The translations under genes were made by a program, and so were the position numbers. A model generated the notes under the pieces. The model was not told the DNA's origin, made no database searches, and saw only the letters and a program-made list of their open reading frames with translations. Below are positions 1-9,668 of a DNA stretch of 64,000 nt, in pieces; the first letter of the stretch is position 1, and every line of letters begins with the position of its first letter. The stretch spans positions 29,540 through 93,539 of the forward strand of contig JAAYNZ010000007.1 of NCBI GenBank assembly GCA_012520595.1, written 5' to 3'. This DNA is from Candidatus Epulonipiscium sp. (GTDB lineage Bacteria; Bacillota; Clostridia; Lachnospirales; JAAYNZ01).

Positions 1-179
1 AATCTTAATTCTGCTTCTATAAGAGCTTTTTTTTGAATATCAAATCCAAAAACCTTTCCCTGGGGTCCTATACACTGAGCTAAAAAAAGGGTATCATATC
101 CATTCCCAACAGTCCCATCAATAAAAACCTGTCCCGGTTGAATCTGTGTTTGTAATAATTGGTGAACCATGGTTGTCAT
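1..179 (-). CDS. class I SAM-dependent methyltransferase, YtqB/MnmM-like; only the N-terminal 59 codons are present because the 3' end lies beyond the window edge
   Basis: Truncated, so absent from the ORF track. Reverse translation from the ATG at 179 gives MTTMVHQLLQTQIQPGQVFIDGTVGNGYDTLFLAQCIGPQGKVFGFDIQKKALIEAELR. The IDGTVGNGYDT ... FGFDIQ layout matches the SAM-binding motifs of small YtqB-type methylases. Confidence 0.55.
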   Translation of the reverse strand, partial: MTTMVHQLLQTQIQPGQVFIDGTVGNGYDTLFLAQCIGPQGKVFGFDIQKKALIEAELR

Positions 180-237
180 TTTTCCAAGTAACATTATTTT
201 ATACTCCTTCTCTTTATAAATTTGCAAAGTTATATCT

Positions 238-951
238 CTATAATTTTTTTAAATATTCTAGTTCTTCCTGGCTAAGATGCCGATATTCTCCTTTTTTTAA
301 ATCTCCTAAACTTATTTTTCCTATACATATTCTCTTAAGATGAATGACGGGATGTCCAATCCCTTCACACATTTTCCTTACTTGTCGATTCTTCCCTTCT
401 CGAATCTGAATTTCCAGCACTGACTGATTTTTTTGCTTTTTTAGCAACCTCACAGATGCAGGAGCTGTTATATAATCTTCAATAGGAATACCTTTTCGCA
501 ATTTTTCTATTTTTCCTGCATCTGGAATTCCTTTAATGGTAGCAATATATGTTTTAAAAATTTTATACCTAGGATGCATAATTTTATTAGCTAACTGTCC
601 ATCATTGGTTAACAACAAAAGTCCGGATGTATGATAATCCAACCTTCCAATAGGAAAGATTCTTTCTTGTATTTCCTGTAATAAATCCAATACCGTAGGA
701 CGATTAAATTGATCCTTTACTGTTGTTACATATTCTTCTGGCTTATGAAGCATAAGATATACTTTTTTTTCTTGGGGTATAAGTACTTTTCCTTTATATC
801 GAACCTCATCCTTCCCTGGATGAACCTTGGTTCCTAAAGTACGAATAATTTCTCCATTTACTTGTATCTTTCCTTCCGCAATTAGTTCTTCTGCCTTTCT
901 TCTAGAGGCAATTCCACAATCTGCGATATATTTTTGAAGTCGTACTTCCAA
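238..951 (-). CDS. rluB: 23S rRNA pseudouridine synthase, RsuA/RluB family
   Basis: 237 aa. The N-terminus has an S4 domain (RLQKYIADCGIASRRKAEELI). The catalytic core has GRLDYHTSGLLLLTNDG. It sits after scpAB-dacB, as in B. subtilis. Confidence 0.85.
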   Translation of the reverse strand: MEVRLQKYIADCGIASRRKAEELIAEGKIQVNGEIIRTLGTKVHPGKDEVRYKGKVLIPQEKKVYLMLHKPEEYVTTVKDQFNRPTVLDLLQEIQERIFPIGRLDYHTSGLLLLTNDGQLANKIMHPRYKIFKTYIATIKGIPDAGKIEKLRKGIPIEDYITAPASVRLLKKQKNQSVLEIQIREGKNRQVRKMCEGIGHPVIHLKRICIGKISLGDLKKGEYRHLSQEELEYLKKL

Positions 952-969
952 TATAATTTCCTCCTTTGT

Positions 970-2136
970 TCATTCATGGATAAACTGCATCCAATGATTT
1001 ATAATTTTTTGTAAAGAGGTAAAAAAGTCATGTCTTTCTACTGTATACAAAGCTTGTAAAGGAATCCTCGCATATTTTTCCTCATTAATAAATACTTCAC
1101 CGTACCCTAATACAGTTCCTTTTGTAATGGGTGCTTCTAAACTAATAGGAATGTCTACCTGGGTACGAATCTTATCATCTTCTTTTAATGGTAAGGAAAA
1201 TTTTTCAGCATATCCTACCTCTACTTTTTCTAATGTGCCATGTAAAACTTGAACAATACCTGCTCGTTGGCCTTTCCGAATAATTTCTTGAGGTTTAAAA
1301 GAACGAAAACCATAATTCATAATAGCCTTTGTATCCACCCATTTTTGATTTTTGTTAGGATACCATCCACTTCCTAATACAACTGAAATCAAGTGCATCT
1401 TTTCTCTTTTTGCTGCACCTACAAAACAATATCCCGCCTGTCCTGTAAATCCTGTTTTAACCCCGGTAGCACCTTCATATTCTGTTAAAAACCGATTGGT
1501 ATTTGATAAGTGAAAAGAACGATATGATCCTCCTGACTTAGGAATAGTTATCTGATGTGTATTCGTAATTTCAACAAAAGTAGGATTTTGGATGGCATAG
1601 GCAGTAATAAGAGCTAAATCATAAGCTGTAGAATAATGTCCTTCTGCATCTAACCCATTTGGTGTCTTATAGACAGTGTTATAAGCTCCTATTTCTTTGG
1701 CCTTTTGTGTCATCATATTACAGAATTCTTCTACACTTCCTCCAATATGCTCTGCAATAGCCACTGCTACATCATTGGAAGATTGAAGCATAAGTGCATA
1801 CAATAAATCTTCTAAAGGGTAGATTTCTCCAGGCTTGATATATAACTTTACTCGAGGTGCTGCGGCTGCCCTAGCACTTACCTTTACTTCATCTTTTAAA
1901 TTGCCCTTTTCTAATGCAACAATACAAGTCATGATCTTTGTGGTGCTTGCCATAGCTCGCTTCTCATGGGAATTTTTCTCCCATAATACCCTTCCACTTT
2001 CCATATCCAGTAAAATACCTGCTCGTGCTTCTACAGAAGGTGGAGAAACGTTTTTTTCTTCTGCTCTAAGTGGATTGATCATAGTACAAAAAAAGAATAG
2101 GACCATCCAAAGTTGAATTTGTTTCTTTTTCTTCAT
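970..2136 (-). CDS. dacB: D-alanyl-D-alanine carboxypeptidase (PBP5 family, S11 peptidase)
   Basis: 388 aa with a signal peptide. It carries the SxxK motif (ASTTK), SxN (SSND) and KTG (VKTGFT). The symbol comes from scpA-scpB-dacB synteny with B. subtilis. Confidence 0.8.
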   Translation of the reverse strand: MKKKKQIQLWMVLFFFCTMINPLRAEEKNVSPPSVEARAGILLDMESGRVLWEKNSHEKRAMASTTKIMTCIVALEKGNLKDEVKVSARAAAAPRVKLYIKPGEIYPLEDLLYALMLQSSNDVAVAIAEHIGGSVEEFCNMMTQKAKEIGAYNTVYKTPNGLDAEGHYSTAYDLALITAYAIQNPTFVEITNTHQITIPKSGGSYRSFHLSNTNRFLTEYEGATGVKTGFTGQAGYCFVGAAKREKMHLISVVLGSGWYPNKNQKWVDTKAIMNYGFRSFKPQEIIRKGQRAGIVQVLHGTLEKVEVGYAEKFSLPLKEDDKIRTQVDIPISLEAPITKGTVLGYGEVFINEEKYARIPLQALYTVERHDFFTSLQKIINHWMQFIHE

Positions 2137-2192
2137 AAGATTTTCCTCTCTTTTGGATTCCTATTCTCATATATAGATTTTTTCTACTTGTC

Positions 2193-2780
2193 TCATTCTA
2201 CTTTTTTTAATTTATTTTCCATTTCTTTGTCAATTTCTTTTTCGGCTTCTTGTTGAATCTTTTCTATCGTTTGTTCTTGTAGATTCGGCAATTCTTCTAA
2301 TGATCGAAATCCAAAATAACGCAAAAATTCTTCTGTTGTTCCAAACAATAAAGGTCTCCCAGGTGCATCGAGTCGTCCTACTTCACAAACTAAGCCATAC
2401 TCCAATAATCGATTTACTACATGATCACAGCTAACTCCTCGAAGATCTTCTATTTGAACTTTTGTAATAGGCTGTTTATATGCAATAATTGCAAGAGTTT
2501 CTAAGAGAGCTTGTGTAAGAGTAAATTTTTGTGGAGTTTCGTATAATTTTTGTATGTATTCAAAATATTGAGGTTTTGTACACATTTGAAAAGCACCATC
2601 CAACTCAATAATTTGAATACCTCGACCTTGTTTTTCATATTCCTCTTGCATTCGATATAAAATTTTTTGTGTTGTAATAGGATCCTGTTCGATCACTTTA
2701 CTAATTTGTTTCAAAAGAACCGCTTCTCCTGCTACAAATAATAAGGATTCAATAATGGCTTCCACATCTGTTAATCCCAT
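2193..2780 (-). CDS. scpB: segregation and condensation protein B
   Basis: 195 aa. It has the typical N-terminus (EAIIESLLFVAGEAV) and a winged-helix pair, and lies directly after scpA. Confidence 0.9.
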   Translation of the reverse strand: MGLTDVEAIIESLLFVAGEAVLLKQISKVIEQDPITTQKILYRMQEEYEKQGRGIQIIELDGAFQMCTKPQYFEYIQKLYETPQKFTLTQALLETLAIIAYKQPITKVQIEDLRGVSCDHVVNRLLEYGLVCEVGRLDAPGRPLLFGTTEEFLRYFGFRSLEELPNLQEQTIEKIQQEAEKEIDKEMENKLKKVE

Positions 2781-2798
2781 AATACCCCTTCTATTCTA

Positions 2799-3539
2799 CT
2801 AGTATGATCTAATCTGAATCAGATCAAAAATATGCTCTTGTATTATTTTTATTTTTTTTCTTTTCATTAGCTCTAATAAAGCTAAAAAGGTAACAATCAT
2901 TTCAATTCGATCCGCATCCTTATAAAATAATTCTTCAAAATACAAAACCGGTGTTAAAACAAGTAATTCTAGAATCCATTCCATTTTTTCTTCCACTGTA
3001 TACAATTCTCTAGAAATAGAGCCAAAATCATGACGAATTGGATCGATTTTTGCTTTATGTCTTTTTATTACATCTTGAAAAGCATTATAAATCTGCTCTA
3101 ATGTAATATGCTCTAATACTTCTTGGGGCGAAAAAATAGAAGATGTTTCCAATAACTCCACTGGGTATGTGGGTGATTTATAAACTATTTTTTGACCCTT
3201 TGTTTCTCTTTGTTTTAATAATTGAGATAATTGTTTGTATGTTTTGTATTCCAATAGTTTTGCTACTAATTCTTCTCTTGGGTCCTCCTCTTCTTCCTCT
3301 GAAGAAGAGGGAGTAGGCAAAAGCATTCGAGATTTAATCTGAAGAAGAGTCGCCGCCATGACTAAAAATTCACTGGTTACTTCCAAATCTTGCTCTTCTG
3401 CCTGATGGATATATTGTAAAAACTGTTCTGTTACTTCTGAAATAGGAATATCATAAATATTCATTTGATTTTTTTCAATCAAATGAAGCAAAAGATCTAA
3501 AGGTCCTTCAAACACATCTAAACATACTTGTATACTCAC
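2799..3539 (-). CDS. scpA: segregation and condensation protein A (kleisin)
   Basis: 246 aa with the signature FEGPLDLLLHLIEKNQMNIYDIPISEVTEQFL. Confidence 0.9.
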   Translation of the reverse strand: MSIQVCLDVFEGPLDLLLHLIEKNQMNIYDIPISEVTEQFLQYIHQAEEQDLEVTSEFLVMAATLLQIKSRMLLPTPSSSEEEEEDPREELVAKLLEYKTYKQLSQLLKQRETKGQKIVYKSPTYPVELLETSSIFSPQEVLEHITLEQIYNAFQDVIKRHKAKIDPIRHDFGSISRELYTVEEKMEWILELLVLTPVLYFEELFYKDADRIEMIVTFLALLELMKRKKIKIIQEHIFDLIQIRSY

Positions 3540-3571
3540 ATTATATACTCCTTTTTAAACTTGAGTAGATT

Positions 3572-4207
3572 TTACAGGAGATGAAAAATCCCAAATATCA
3601 TTTTTTCAATTCCACCAACAATTGGTAGTAACAAGCGCGGAATAATACCCATCAGTAATAAGAGAAGTAATAACATATGTAATAATTTCTCATACTGTAA
3701 CATTTTAAAGTAAGAGCTAGGGGATAAAATCCCAAATAAAAGCTGAGAACCGTCTAATGGTGGAACGGGTAATAAATTAAATACTGTGAAAATAACATTA
3801 AAATGAATCCCATATCGTAAAAAACTAACAATGTACATTTGAAAATTAGGATTTACAAAAGGAACTAAAAAAACAATCTTTAAAAGAGCTCCAAACAAAA
3901 AAGCCCCTATTAAATTGCTTAAAGGGCCTGCTACTGCTACCCATAGATTTCCTTTGTTTCGATCTTCAAAATAAGTAGAGTTAACTCGTACTGGTTTTGA
4001 CCATCCAAATTGCAATACAAAAAAAAGCAATAAACCAATAGGATCAATGTGCTTTAATGGATTAAGAGTCAAACGTCCTTCATTCTTCGGAGTTGGGTCA
4101 CCTAATATGGTTGCTACCCTTGCATGAGAAAATTCATGAATAGCAATGGCAATTAAAATCGCTGGAATCATAAGAATATAAGATATAAAAATTTTCAACT
4201 GTTTCAC
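3572..4207 (-). CDS. site-2 protease family (M50) membrane metalloprotease
   Basis: 211 aa and polytopic. It has the HExxH motif (HEFSH) and a second motif, NLLPVPPLDG. The GTG at 4207 has its RBS directly adjacent, so the TTG three codons downstream is an alternative start. Confidence 0.75.
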   Translation of the reverse strand: MKQLKIFISYILMIPAILIAIAIHEFSHARVATILGDPTPKNEGRLTLNPLKHIDPIGLLLFFVLQFGWSKPVRVNSTYFEDRNKGNLWVAVAGPLSNLIGAFLFGALLKIVFLVPFVNPNFQMYIVSFLRYGIHFNVIFTVFNLLPVPPLDGSQLLFGILSPSSYFKMLQYEKLLHMLLLLLLLMGIIPRLLLPIVGGIEKMIFGIFHLL

Positions 4208-4323
4208 CTTCTTTTTCTTTGCTACAGATTGTAAATCTTATTTTACTAATAAACCTCCTAAAATTCAAGTCAACCTGTTAAAATTAAAAATAAACTTTAT
4301 TTTTTAATAAATACGTGACATCC

Positions 4324-4350
4324 ATAAAAAAATCCAAGTTTGCCTTGGAT
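4324..4350 (-). terminator. rho-independent terminator after the DD-carboxypeptidase gene
   Basis: Stem ATCCAAG (4332-4338) pairs with CTTGGAT (4344-4350) around a 5-nt loop. On the minus strand it is followed by a run of 7 T. It abuts the stop codon at 4351. Confidence 0.6.
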
Positions 4351-5520
4351 TTATAGCCATTGATCAAGTAGTTTGTTCATTATATGTTTAAAATTTGCTT
4401 TTTCTATATCTTCTTTCATTATCAAATTGGAACGTCCCATTTCTTTTCCTTCCAAAGTATAAATCATTTCCCCTACTTTATCTCCTTTTTTAACTGGAGC
4501 ATGTAAAAAAGGAGCCATTTCTAAATGGGATTGCATTTTTTCTTTTTGTCCTTTATCTCCTTTTTGTAATAAAAAACAGATATCTTCTTCTAGCATTACC
4601 TCTCCTTCCTCTTTCTTACCTTTAATAATAGGAATCTTTCCTACGATGGTTCCTTTTTTACCTTGTTGTACCATTTCAAAATTTGCAAAACCATAGTCAA
4701 AAAGTTTCATTACTTCTTGAAATCGTACTTTATAGTCGGGGGTAGCCATTACAACAGCAATTAATTGTAAGCCATTTTTTTCTGCTGTGCCGGATAAACA
4801 ATATAATGCCTTACTGGTTGAACCTGTTTTTAGTCCAGTCGTTCCTTCATACCATTTAAGTAGTTTATTTGTATTAGTTAAATCTGTGATTTCTTCTCCG
4901 TTTTTTCGTTGATGTACTAATGTATCATGCCATATGGTTGATAGTTTATGAACTTCTGGGAAACGTGTTATTAACTCTCTTGACATAATAGCAATATCAT
5001 AGGCAGATGTTAAATGTCCATCAGCATCCAAACCAGAAGAATTAACAAAATGAGAATTTTTCATTCCTAATTCCTTTGCTTTTTTATTCATAAGCTCCAC
5101 AAAGGCTTCTTCACTTCCCGCAATGTATTCTGCCATGGCCACTGCCGCATCATTACCAGAAGCCACAACAATGCATTTTGTTAAGGTAGCCACATCAATT
5201 TGTTCTTCTGGTGATAAAAATACTTGAGAGCCTCCCATACCTGCTGCTCGTTCACTAACAGTTACGATATCATTCCATTGTATCTTCCCACTTTCAACAG
5301 CTTCATAAATCAATAAAAGGGTCATTATTTTGGTAATACTAGCGGGTCGTAAAGATTCATGGGCATTTTTTTCAAAAAGAATAGTTCCTGTTGTAGGTTC
5401 CATTAAAATTGCTGATTTTGAAGTTAGTTCTAGAGGTGCCGCCATAACGATTGGTTGTTTTATAATATTTACCACCACAAGAAATAACAAGGAAAAAACG
5501 AGGACTTTTTTTCTGTTCAT
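4351..5520 (-). CDS. D-alanyl-D-alanine carboxypeptidase (PBP5 family), second paralogue
   Basis: 389 aa with a signal peptide. It carries SxxK (ASITK), SGND and KTGST motifs. Confidence 0.85.
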   Translation of the reverse strand: MNRKKVLVFSLLFLVVVNIIKQPIVMAAPLELTSKSAILMEPTTGTILFEKNAHESLRPASITKIMTLLLIYEAVESGKIQWNDIVTVSERAAGMGGSQVFLSPEEQIDVATLTKCIVVASGNDAAVAMAEYIAGSEEAFVELMNKKAKELGMKNSHFVNSSGLDADGHLTSAYDIAIMSRELITRFPEVHKLSTIWHDTLVHQRKNGEEITDLTNTNKLLKWYEGTTGLKTGSTSKALYCLSGTAEKNGLQLIAVVMATPDYKVRFQEVMKLFDYGFANFEMVQQGKKGTIVGKIPIIKGKKEEGEVMLEEDICFLLQKGDKGQKEKMQSHLEMAPFLHAPVKKGDKVGEMIYTLEGKEMGRSNLIMKEDIEKANFKHIMNKLLDQWL

Positions 5521-5681
5521 TTGAAAACCTCCTTTTTATTTTTATGTGAATTATCATAATACACTGAGAACTCATCTGTTCTTTTTACTTTATGCACATT
5601 AAAATTAACAATTTATTAAAGAAGAAGCTATCTATTGTTATAGTAAGCTTTTTACAATAAAATATACGTGAAAATAACCGG

Positions 5682-5710
5682 AAAAAAAAGAGCTTTTATT
5701 GGCTCTTTTT
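5682..5710 (-). terminator. rho-independent terminator after deoB
   Basis: AAAAGAGC (5686-5693) pairs with GCTCTTTT (5702-5709) around an 8-nt loop. The minus-strand RNA ends in a U run. Confidence 0.6.
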
Positions 5711-5724
5711 ACGTTTATCCATAT

Positions 5725-6894
5725 TTAAAAAATTTCTGATAAAAAACTAGTTCCATAGGATACAGGAGGTGTTTGAAAAATTTGACTAATCGTTTGTCCA
5801 ATATCAGCAAAAGTGGTTCTAGTTTTTAAATCGACACCTTTTTTTAATGGCTTTCCATATGCTAAAAAAGGAACATATTCTCTTGAATGATCTGTGCTAG
5901 GTGTAGTTGGGTCACAGCCATGATCAGCTGTAATGAATAAAATATCATCATCTTTCATTCCTTGCATAATTTCTGGCAACCGCTGATCAAAAGCTTCTAA
6001 GCCTCTACCATATCCAATATAATCATTACGATGTCCCCACTTAGAATCAAAATCCACTAAATTTATAAAAATTAATCCTTGGGTATCCTTTTGGATCCAT
6101 CGAATGGTTTGATCAACTCCATCCATGTTATCTAAGGTGTGGATAGCCTTTGTAATTCCTTGTCCTCCAAAAATATCTTCGATTTTTCCAATACCTATGA
6201 CATCTAAACCTTGATCTTTGACTCGATCTAAAATCGTTGGTTCTTTAGGAGTTAAGGAAAAGTCTCTACGATTGGCTGTTCGTTCAAAAGAACCAACTTG
6301 TCCAATAAAAGGTCTTGCAATAACTCTAGCAACAGCATGATCACCCTGTAACAACTTTCTAGCGATCCTACAAATCTCATATAATCGTTCAACGGGAATA
6401 ACTTCTTCATGGGCTGCAATTTGAAATACACTATCAGCCGATGTGTAAACAATAGGGTAGCCTGTTTTTAGATGTTCCTCTCCTAATTCCTTCAAAATTT
6501 CTGTACCGGAGGCTGGTTTGTTTCCTAGTATATCTGTTCCAATGGCTTGTTTAAAAGGTTCTATGATTTCTTCTGGAAATCCCTGGGGATACGTTGGAAA
6601 AGAAATGGGAGAATAGATACCTGCCATTTCCCAATGTCCAATTGTCGTATCTTTTCCATTGGACATTTCGGCAAAACGACCAAAACATCCTTTTGGGTCA
6701 GCTACCTTCGGTAATTCCACCATCCCTTCAATATTTCCTAAACCAAGTTCTAATAAATGGGGAATTTCTAAACCATTCATGGCTTTCCATACATTCCCTA
6801 ATGTATTGCTACCCTCATCTCCAAATTTTTTAGCATCTGGAAGAGCTCCCATACCTACACTATCTAATACAATCCAAATAATTCGTTTAATCAT
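5725..6894 (-). CDS. deoB: phosphopentomutase
   Basis: 389 aa. It begins [13 protein letters not shown] and ends with TADHGCDPT, both typical of this alkaline-phosphatase superfamily enzyme. Confidence 0.9.
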   Translation of the reverse strand: MIKRIIWIVLDSVGMGALPDAKKFGDEGSNTLGNVWKAMNGLEIPHLLELGLGNIEGMVELPKVADPKGCFGRFAEMSNGKDTTIGHWEMAGIYSPISFPTYPQGFPEEIIEPFKQAIGTDILGNKPASGTEILKELGEEHLKTGYPIVYTSADSVFQIAAHEEVIPVERLYEICRIARKLLQGDHAVARVIARPFIGQVGSFERTANRRDFSLTPKEPTILDRVKDQGLDVIGIGKIEDIFGGQGITKAIHTLDNMDGVDQTIRWIQKDTQGLIFINLVDFDSKWGHRNDYIGYGRGLEAFDQRLPEIMQGMKDDDILFITADHGCDPTTPSTDHSREYVPFLAYGKPLKKGVDLKTRTTFADIGQTISQIFQTPPVSYGTSFLSEIF

Positions 6895-7002
6895 ATATTT
6901 CCCTCCTTCTTTTCTATTTTCCTTTTATCAATATTTACATTTCACAAAATACATATGCATCATTCCATGCTCTGCTTGTTCCTCTTGTTGCTTTCTTAAA
7001 TA

Positions 7003-7887
7003 TTATGCCCTGGGATGGGCCTTCTTATAAACTTCTTTGATCCTATTTTTTTGAAGTTTTGCATAAACCTGAGTCGTAGAAATATCGGAATGTCCTAGCA
7101 TTTCTTGCACTGATTGTAAATCGGCCCCATTTTCTACTAAATGAGCAGCAAAAGAGTGACGTAACATATGAGGAGTAATTGTTTTTTGAATAGAGGCTTT
7201 TTGAGCGTATACTTTCACTATTTTCCAAAACCCTTGTCTTGTCATTGCTGTACCGCTACAATTTACAAATAAAGCGGGTTCCTTTATATCCCGAATCATG
7301 ATTAACCGTGCATTTTCTATGTATTTTTGTAAGGCTTCAATAGCTTTGGAACCTAGCGGAATAATTCTTTCTTTTCCTCCGTAAGAACATCTCAAATAAC
7401 CTAATGCCATATGAATTTGATCCGTTTGAAGATTTACTAGTTCAGACACTCGAATACCTGTAGCATACAAAACTTCCAACATAGCTTTGTCTCTTATTCC
7501 TTTTAACTCTTTAGGATCCGGTTGTGCTAAGAGTAATCCTACCTCTTCCATGGTTAAAATCTCAGGTAGCTTTTTTTCTATTTTAGGGGCTACTACATCT
7601 AATGTAGGATCTTCCTGAATGTAACCTTCTTTATATAAAAATTGAAAAAAAGAACGAAGAGAAGCAAGATTTCTAGAAATAGTAGAGGCCGCCCTCCCTT
7701 TTTTTTCCAAGTGCAATAAGTAAGCTCGAATATTTGTAACATTTATCTTTTGAGGCTTACTTATTCCTGCCTGTATAAGAAATTGATGAAAATTTTTTAG
7801 GTCCCTTTCGTACGAAAGAATTGTATTTTTCGTTGAACCCTTTCCTTTCTCTAGATATTCCGCAAATTGCACTACACATTCTTCCAT
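7003..7887 (-). CDS. xerD: site-specific tyrosine recombinase XerD
   Basis: 294 aa. It has the R..HxxR..Y catalytic pattern (ATGIRVSEL, HMLRHSFAAHL, LGHSDISTTQVYAKL). Confidence 0.85.
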   Translation of the reverse strand: MEECVVQFAEYLEKGKGSTKNTILSYERDLKNFHQFLIQAGISKPQKINVTNIRAYLLHLEKKGRAASTISRNLASLRSFFQFLYKEGYIQEDPTLDVVAPKIEKKLPEILTMEEVGLLLAQPDPKELKGIRDKAMLEVLYATGIRVSELVNLQTDQIHMALGYLRCSYGGKERIIPLGSKAIEALQKYIENARLIMIRDIKEPALFVNCSGTAMTRQGFWKIVKVYAQKASIQKTITPHMLRHSFAAHLVENGADLQSVQEMLGHSDISTTQVYAKLQKNRIKEVYKKAHPRA

Positions 7888-7942
7888 TTTAGGTCTCCTT
7901 TAGCATTGGATTATCCTTTTGTCTTTTGTATTGATCTCTTTC

Positions 7943-7971
7943 CATTATAATACATCTTTTTTAAAAAGTCG
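7943..7971 (-). promoter_or_regulatory. candidate sigma-A promoter for xerD-deoB
   Basis: On the minus strand: TCGACT, a 17-nt spacer, then TATAAT. It lies about 55 nt upstream of the xerD ATG. Confidence 0.35.
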
Positions 7972-8011
7972 ATGTCTATTCACATCTTAAAGTCAATTCT
8001 TCCTTTCGCTC

Positions 8012-8650
8012 TTACTTCGACAATAATGCTCTCATCAATATAGGGGTAAAATAAGTCTCAATAACGCTTCCTAATACGATGCAAGCCAGTCCAATGGCCA
8101 ACACCAATCCATATTCAATCCACTTCTGCTTTTGCTCCCGGTGCCAACGGGCCCTCATTTGTTTTTGTTGATAATGACCAACGCTCCATTGCATACTATA
8201 TTTTGCAACAAAAATAAACATTGGAATAAAAATAAGATTTTGTGGTAAAAAAGAAATAAATCCAAAAAAAAGCCCATTCCAACCATATTGAACAAATAAA
8301 AAGGTAGACGTAAATCCATATACCAGTCCCTTTAAAAACAAAGCACCGCAGGCAAAAAAAATACCTATGGTTAAAAAACCCATACCCCATATCCATAATA
8401 ATAATTTTCCATTTTTAAACAAAACATTTTTTAAAACCTGTTTTGAAGAAACAAAAGTAGTCGGAAACTGAGAAAAAAAACTTTCTAAATACTGAAGAAG
8501 TTCTTTTTGCTGAATTTCATTAACATGATTAGCAATAATAGCACCCAACAAAATACCAATGACAATACATCCACTTCCTATTAAATATAAAATATATCCA
8601 CTTGAGATTCTACGCTTTGAAAAACTAGGAATCTTTCTTTTCATTCTCAT
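8012..8650 (-). CDS. spoIIM: stage II sporulation protein M
   Basis: 212 aa and polytopic, with the size and hydrophobicity pattern of SpoIIM. It is preceded by a sigma-E type promoter match. Confidence 0.7.
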   Translation of the reverse strand: MRMKRKIPSFSKRRISSGYILYLIGSGCIVIGILLGAIIANHVNEIQQKELLQYLESFFSQFPTTFVSSKQVLKNVLFKNGKLLLWIWGMGFLTIGIFFACGALFLKGLVYGFTSTFLFVQYGWNGLFFGFISFLPQNLIFIPMFIFVAKYSMQWSVGHYQQKQMRARWHREQKQKWIEYGLVLAIGLACIVLGSVIETYFTPILMRALLSK

Positions 8651-8673
8651 ATTAAAACCTCCTTTTCTATTTC

Positions 8674-8702
8674 AATATATGAAAGTGAAAAGAAAGATAT
8701 GA
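8674..8702 (-). promoter_or_regulatory. sigma-E type (mother-cell) promoter for spoIIM
   Basis: On the minus strand: TCATATC, a 14-nt spacer, then CATATATT. The remembered sigma-E consensus is ZHATAXX-14-CATACAHT. This gives 7/7 allowed at -35 and 7/8 at -10, with exact spacing. The -10 ends 23 nt before the ATG. Confidence 0.55.
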
Positions 8703-8735
8703 ATGCTTGTCTTCTTTATGTTTGGGTGAAAACTT

Positions 8736-9536
8736 TTATTTGAAACTTTTTGTCTTTTTATAACAACCTTGCATAGCTTCTATAAGAGCACTTCGAAACC
8801 CTTTTTCTTCTAGAATTCGTACAGCCTCTATGGTGGTTCCTCCCGGTGAACAAACTTGATCTTTTAAAATTCCAGGATGTTGTTTCGTTTCAAGTACCAT
8901 CTTCGCAGAACCTAATACTGTCTGAGCAGCTAGGTGATAAGCAGAATCTCGCGGAAGGCCTTGCAATACTCCTGCATCTGCCATGGCTTCGATCATCATA
9001 TAAACATAAGCTGGAGCACTACCAGAAATAGATACAACTGCATCCATAAATTCTTCTTTCACGCTTTCTACCTTTCCTAAGCTTTCAAACAAACTGTAAA
9101 TATCTGAACGCTCTTCTTGTGTATATTGACTTTCTGAAAAACAAATAGCAGTCATACCTTCTCCTATTAATGCAGGTGTATTGGGCATAGCACGAACCAC
9201 TCGTGTAGAAGATCCTATCCAATCTTGTACCATTGAAATCGAAATTCCTGGCGCAATAGTAATGATGATTTGGTTTTCTTTTATATAGGTTTTTAGATTT
9301 TTTAATGTTTCTTGATAAAATTGTGGTTTAATGGCAAATACAAGAATATCTGCTTTTTGTATAAGAGCAATGGGATCTCCTTCTTCCCTTACTCCTGTCT
9401 TCTCCCAAATCCATTGACATCGTTCTTTTGATACATCTGTAAAAAAAACAGATTCTTTCCAGCCTTTTTTTAATAACCCTTGTATAATGGCAAATCCCAT
9501 ATTCCCAGCTCCAAAAACACCGATTGTCTTTTTCAT
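8736..9536 (-). CDS. proC: pyrroline-5-carboxylate reductase
   Basis: 266 aa. It has an N-terminal Rossmann motif (IGVFGAGNMG) and the C-terminal signature SPGGTT. Confidence 0.9.
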   Translation of the reverse strand: MKKTIGVFGAGNMGFAIIQGLLKKGWKESVFFTDVSKERCQWIWEKTGVREEGDPIALIQKADILVFAIKPQFYQETLKNLKTYIKENQIIITIAPGISISMVQDWIGSSTRVVRAMPNTPALIGEGMTAICFSESQYTQEERSDIYSLFESLGKVESVKEEFMDAVVSISGSAPAYVYMMIEAMADAGVLQGLPRDSAYHLAAQTVLGSAKMVLETKQHPGILKDQVCSPGGTTIEAVRILEEKGFRSALIEAMQGCYKKTKSFK

Positions 9537-9585
9537 TCCATAGCCTCCTTTTCTTTTTATTATATCAGCTTTTACCTTGATTGCA

Positions 9586-9630
9586 TAAAAAAATCATAAA
9601 AAAGAGAAGTTCATTCTCGTTTTTTATGAT
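9586..9630 (-). terminator. rho-independent terminator after the aminotransferase gene
   Basis: A roughly 16-bp hairpin spans 9593-9630 with one bulge. On the minus strand it is followed by 7 T. Confidence 0.6.
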
Positions 9631-9668
9631 TTAAAATGTTTTAAACAAATTCATAATAGAATAAAAAA

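Noticed and set aside
252-287. This is a sigma-D-like motif on the plus strand, TAAA ... GCCGATAT, with GCCGATAT at 280-287. A second GCCGATAT reads on the minus strand at 19111-19118, inside folD.
   Set aside because: The first has a spacer of about 25 nt instead of about 15-16, is antisense inside rluB, and has no plus-strand gene downstream. The second has no TAAA at the right distance and lies in the middle of folD. Both are most likely chance matches.
1835-2116. These are antisense or alternate-frame ORFs from the track that lie inside conserved genes. Examples are 1835-2116+, 6659-7030+, 12687-13029+, 23238-23534-, 24082-24393+, 37630-37899+, 41017-44269+ and 46512-47029+, along with all other short track ORFs of 60-123 aa that overlap the annotated CDSs.
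   Set aside because: Each lies wholly within a longer ORF whose product is a recognisable conserved protein. Their translations are low-complexity (Ser/Phe/Ile/Leu-rich, mirroring the AT-rich antisense of real codons). None has an RBS or its own promoter.
5521-5620. I looked for a forespore sigma-F/G promoter upstream of the second DD-carboxypeptidase, on the dacF analogy. A TGCATA -35-like element is present.
   Set aside because: No acceptable -10 (GGnnAnAnT or CATnnTA) occurs at 15-18 nt spacing. The promoter class is left unassigned.
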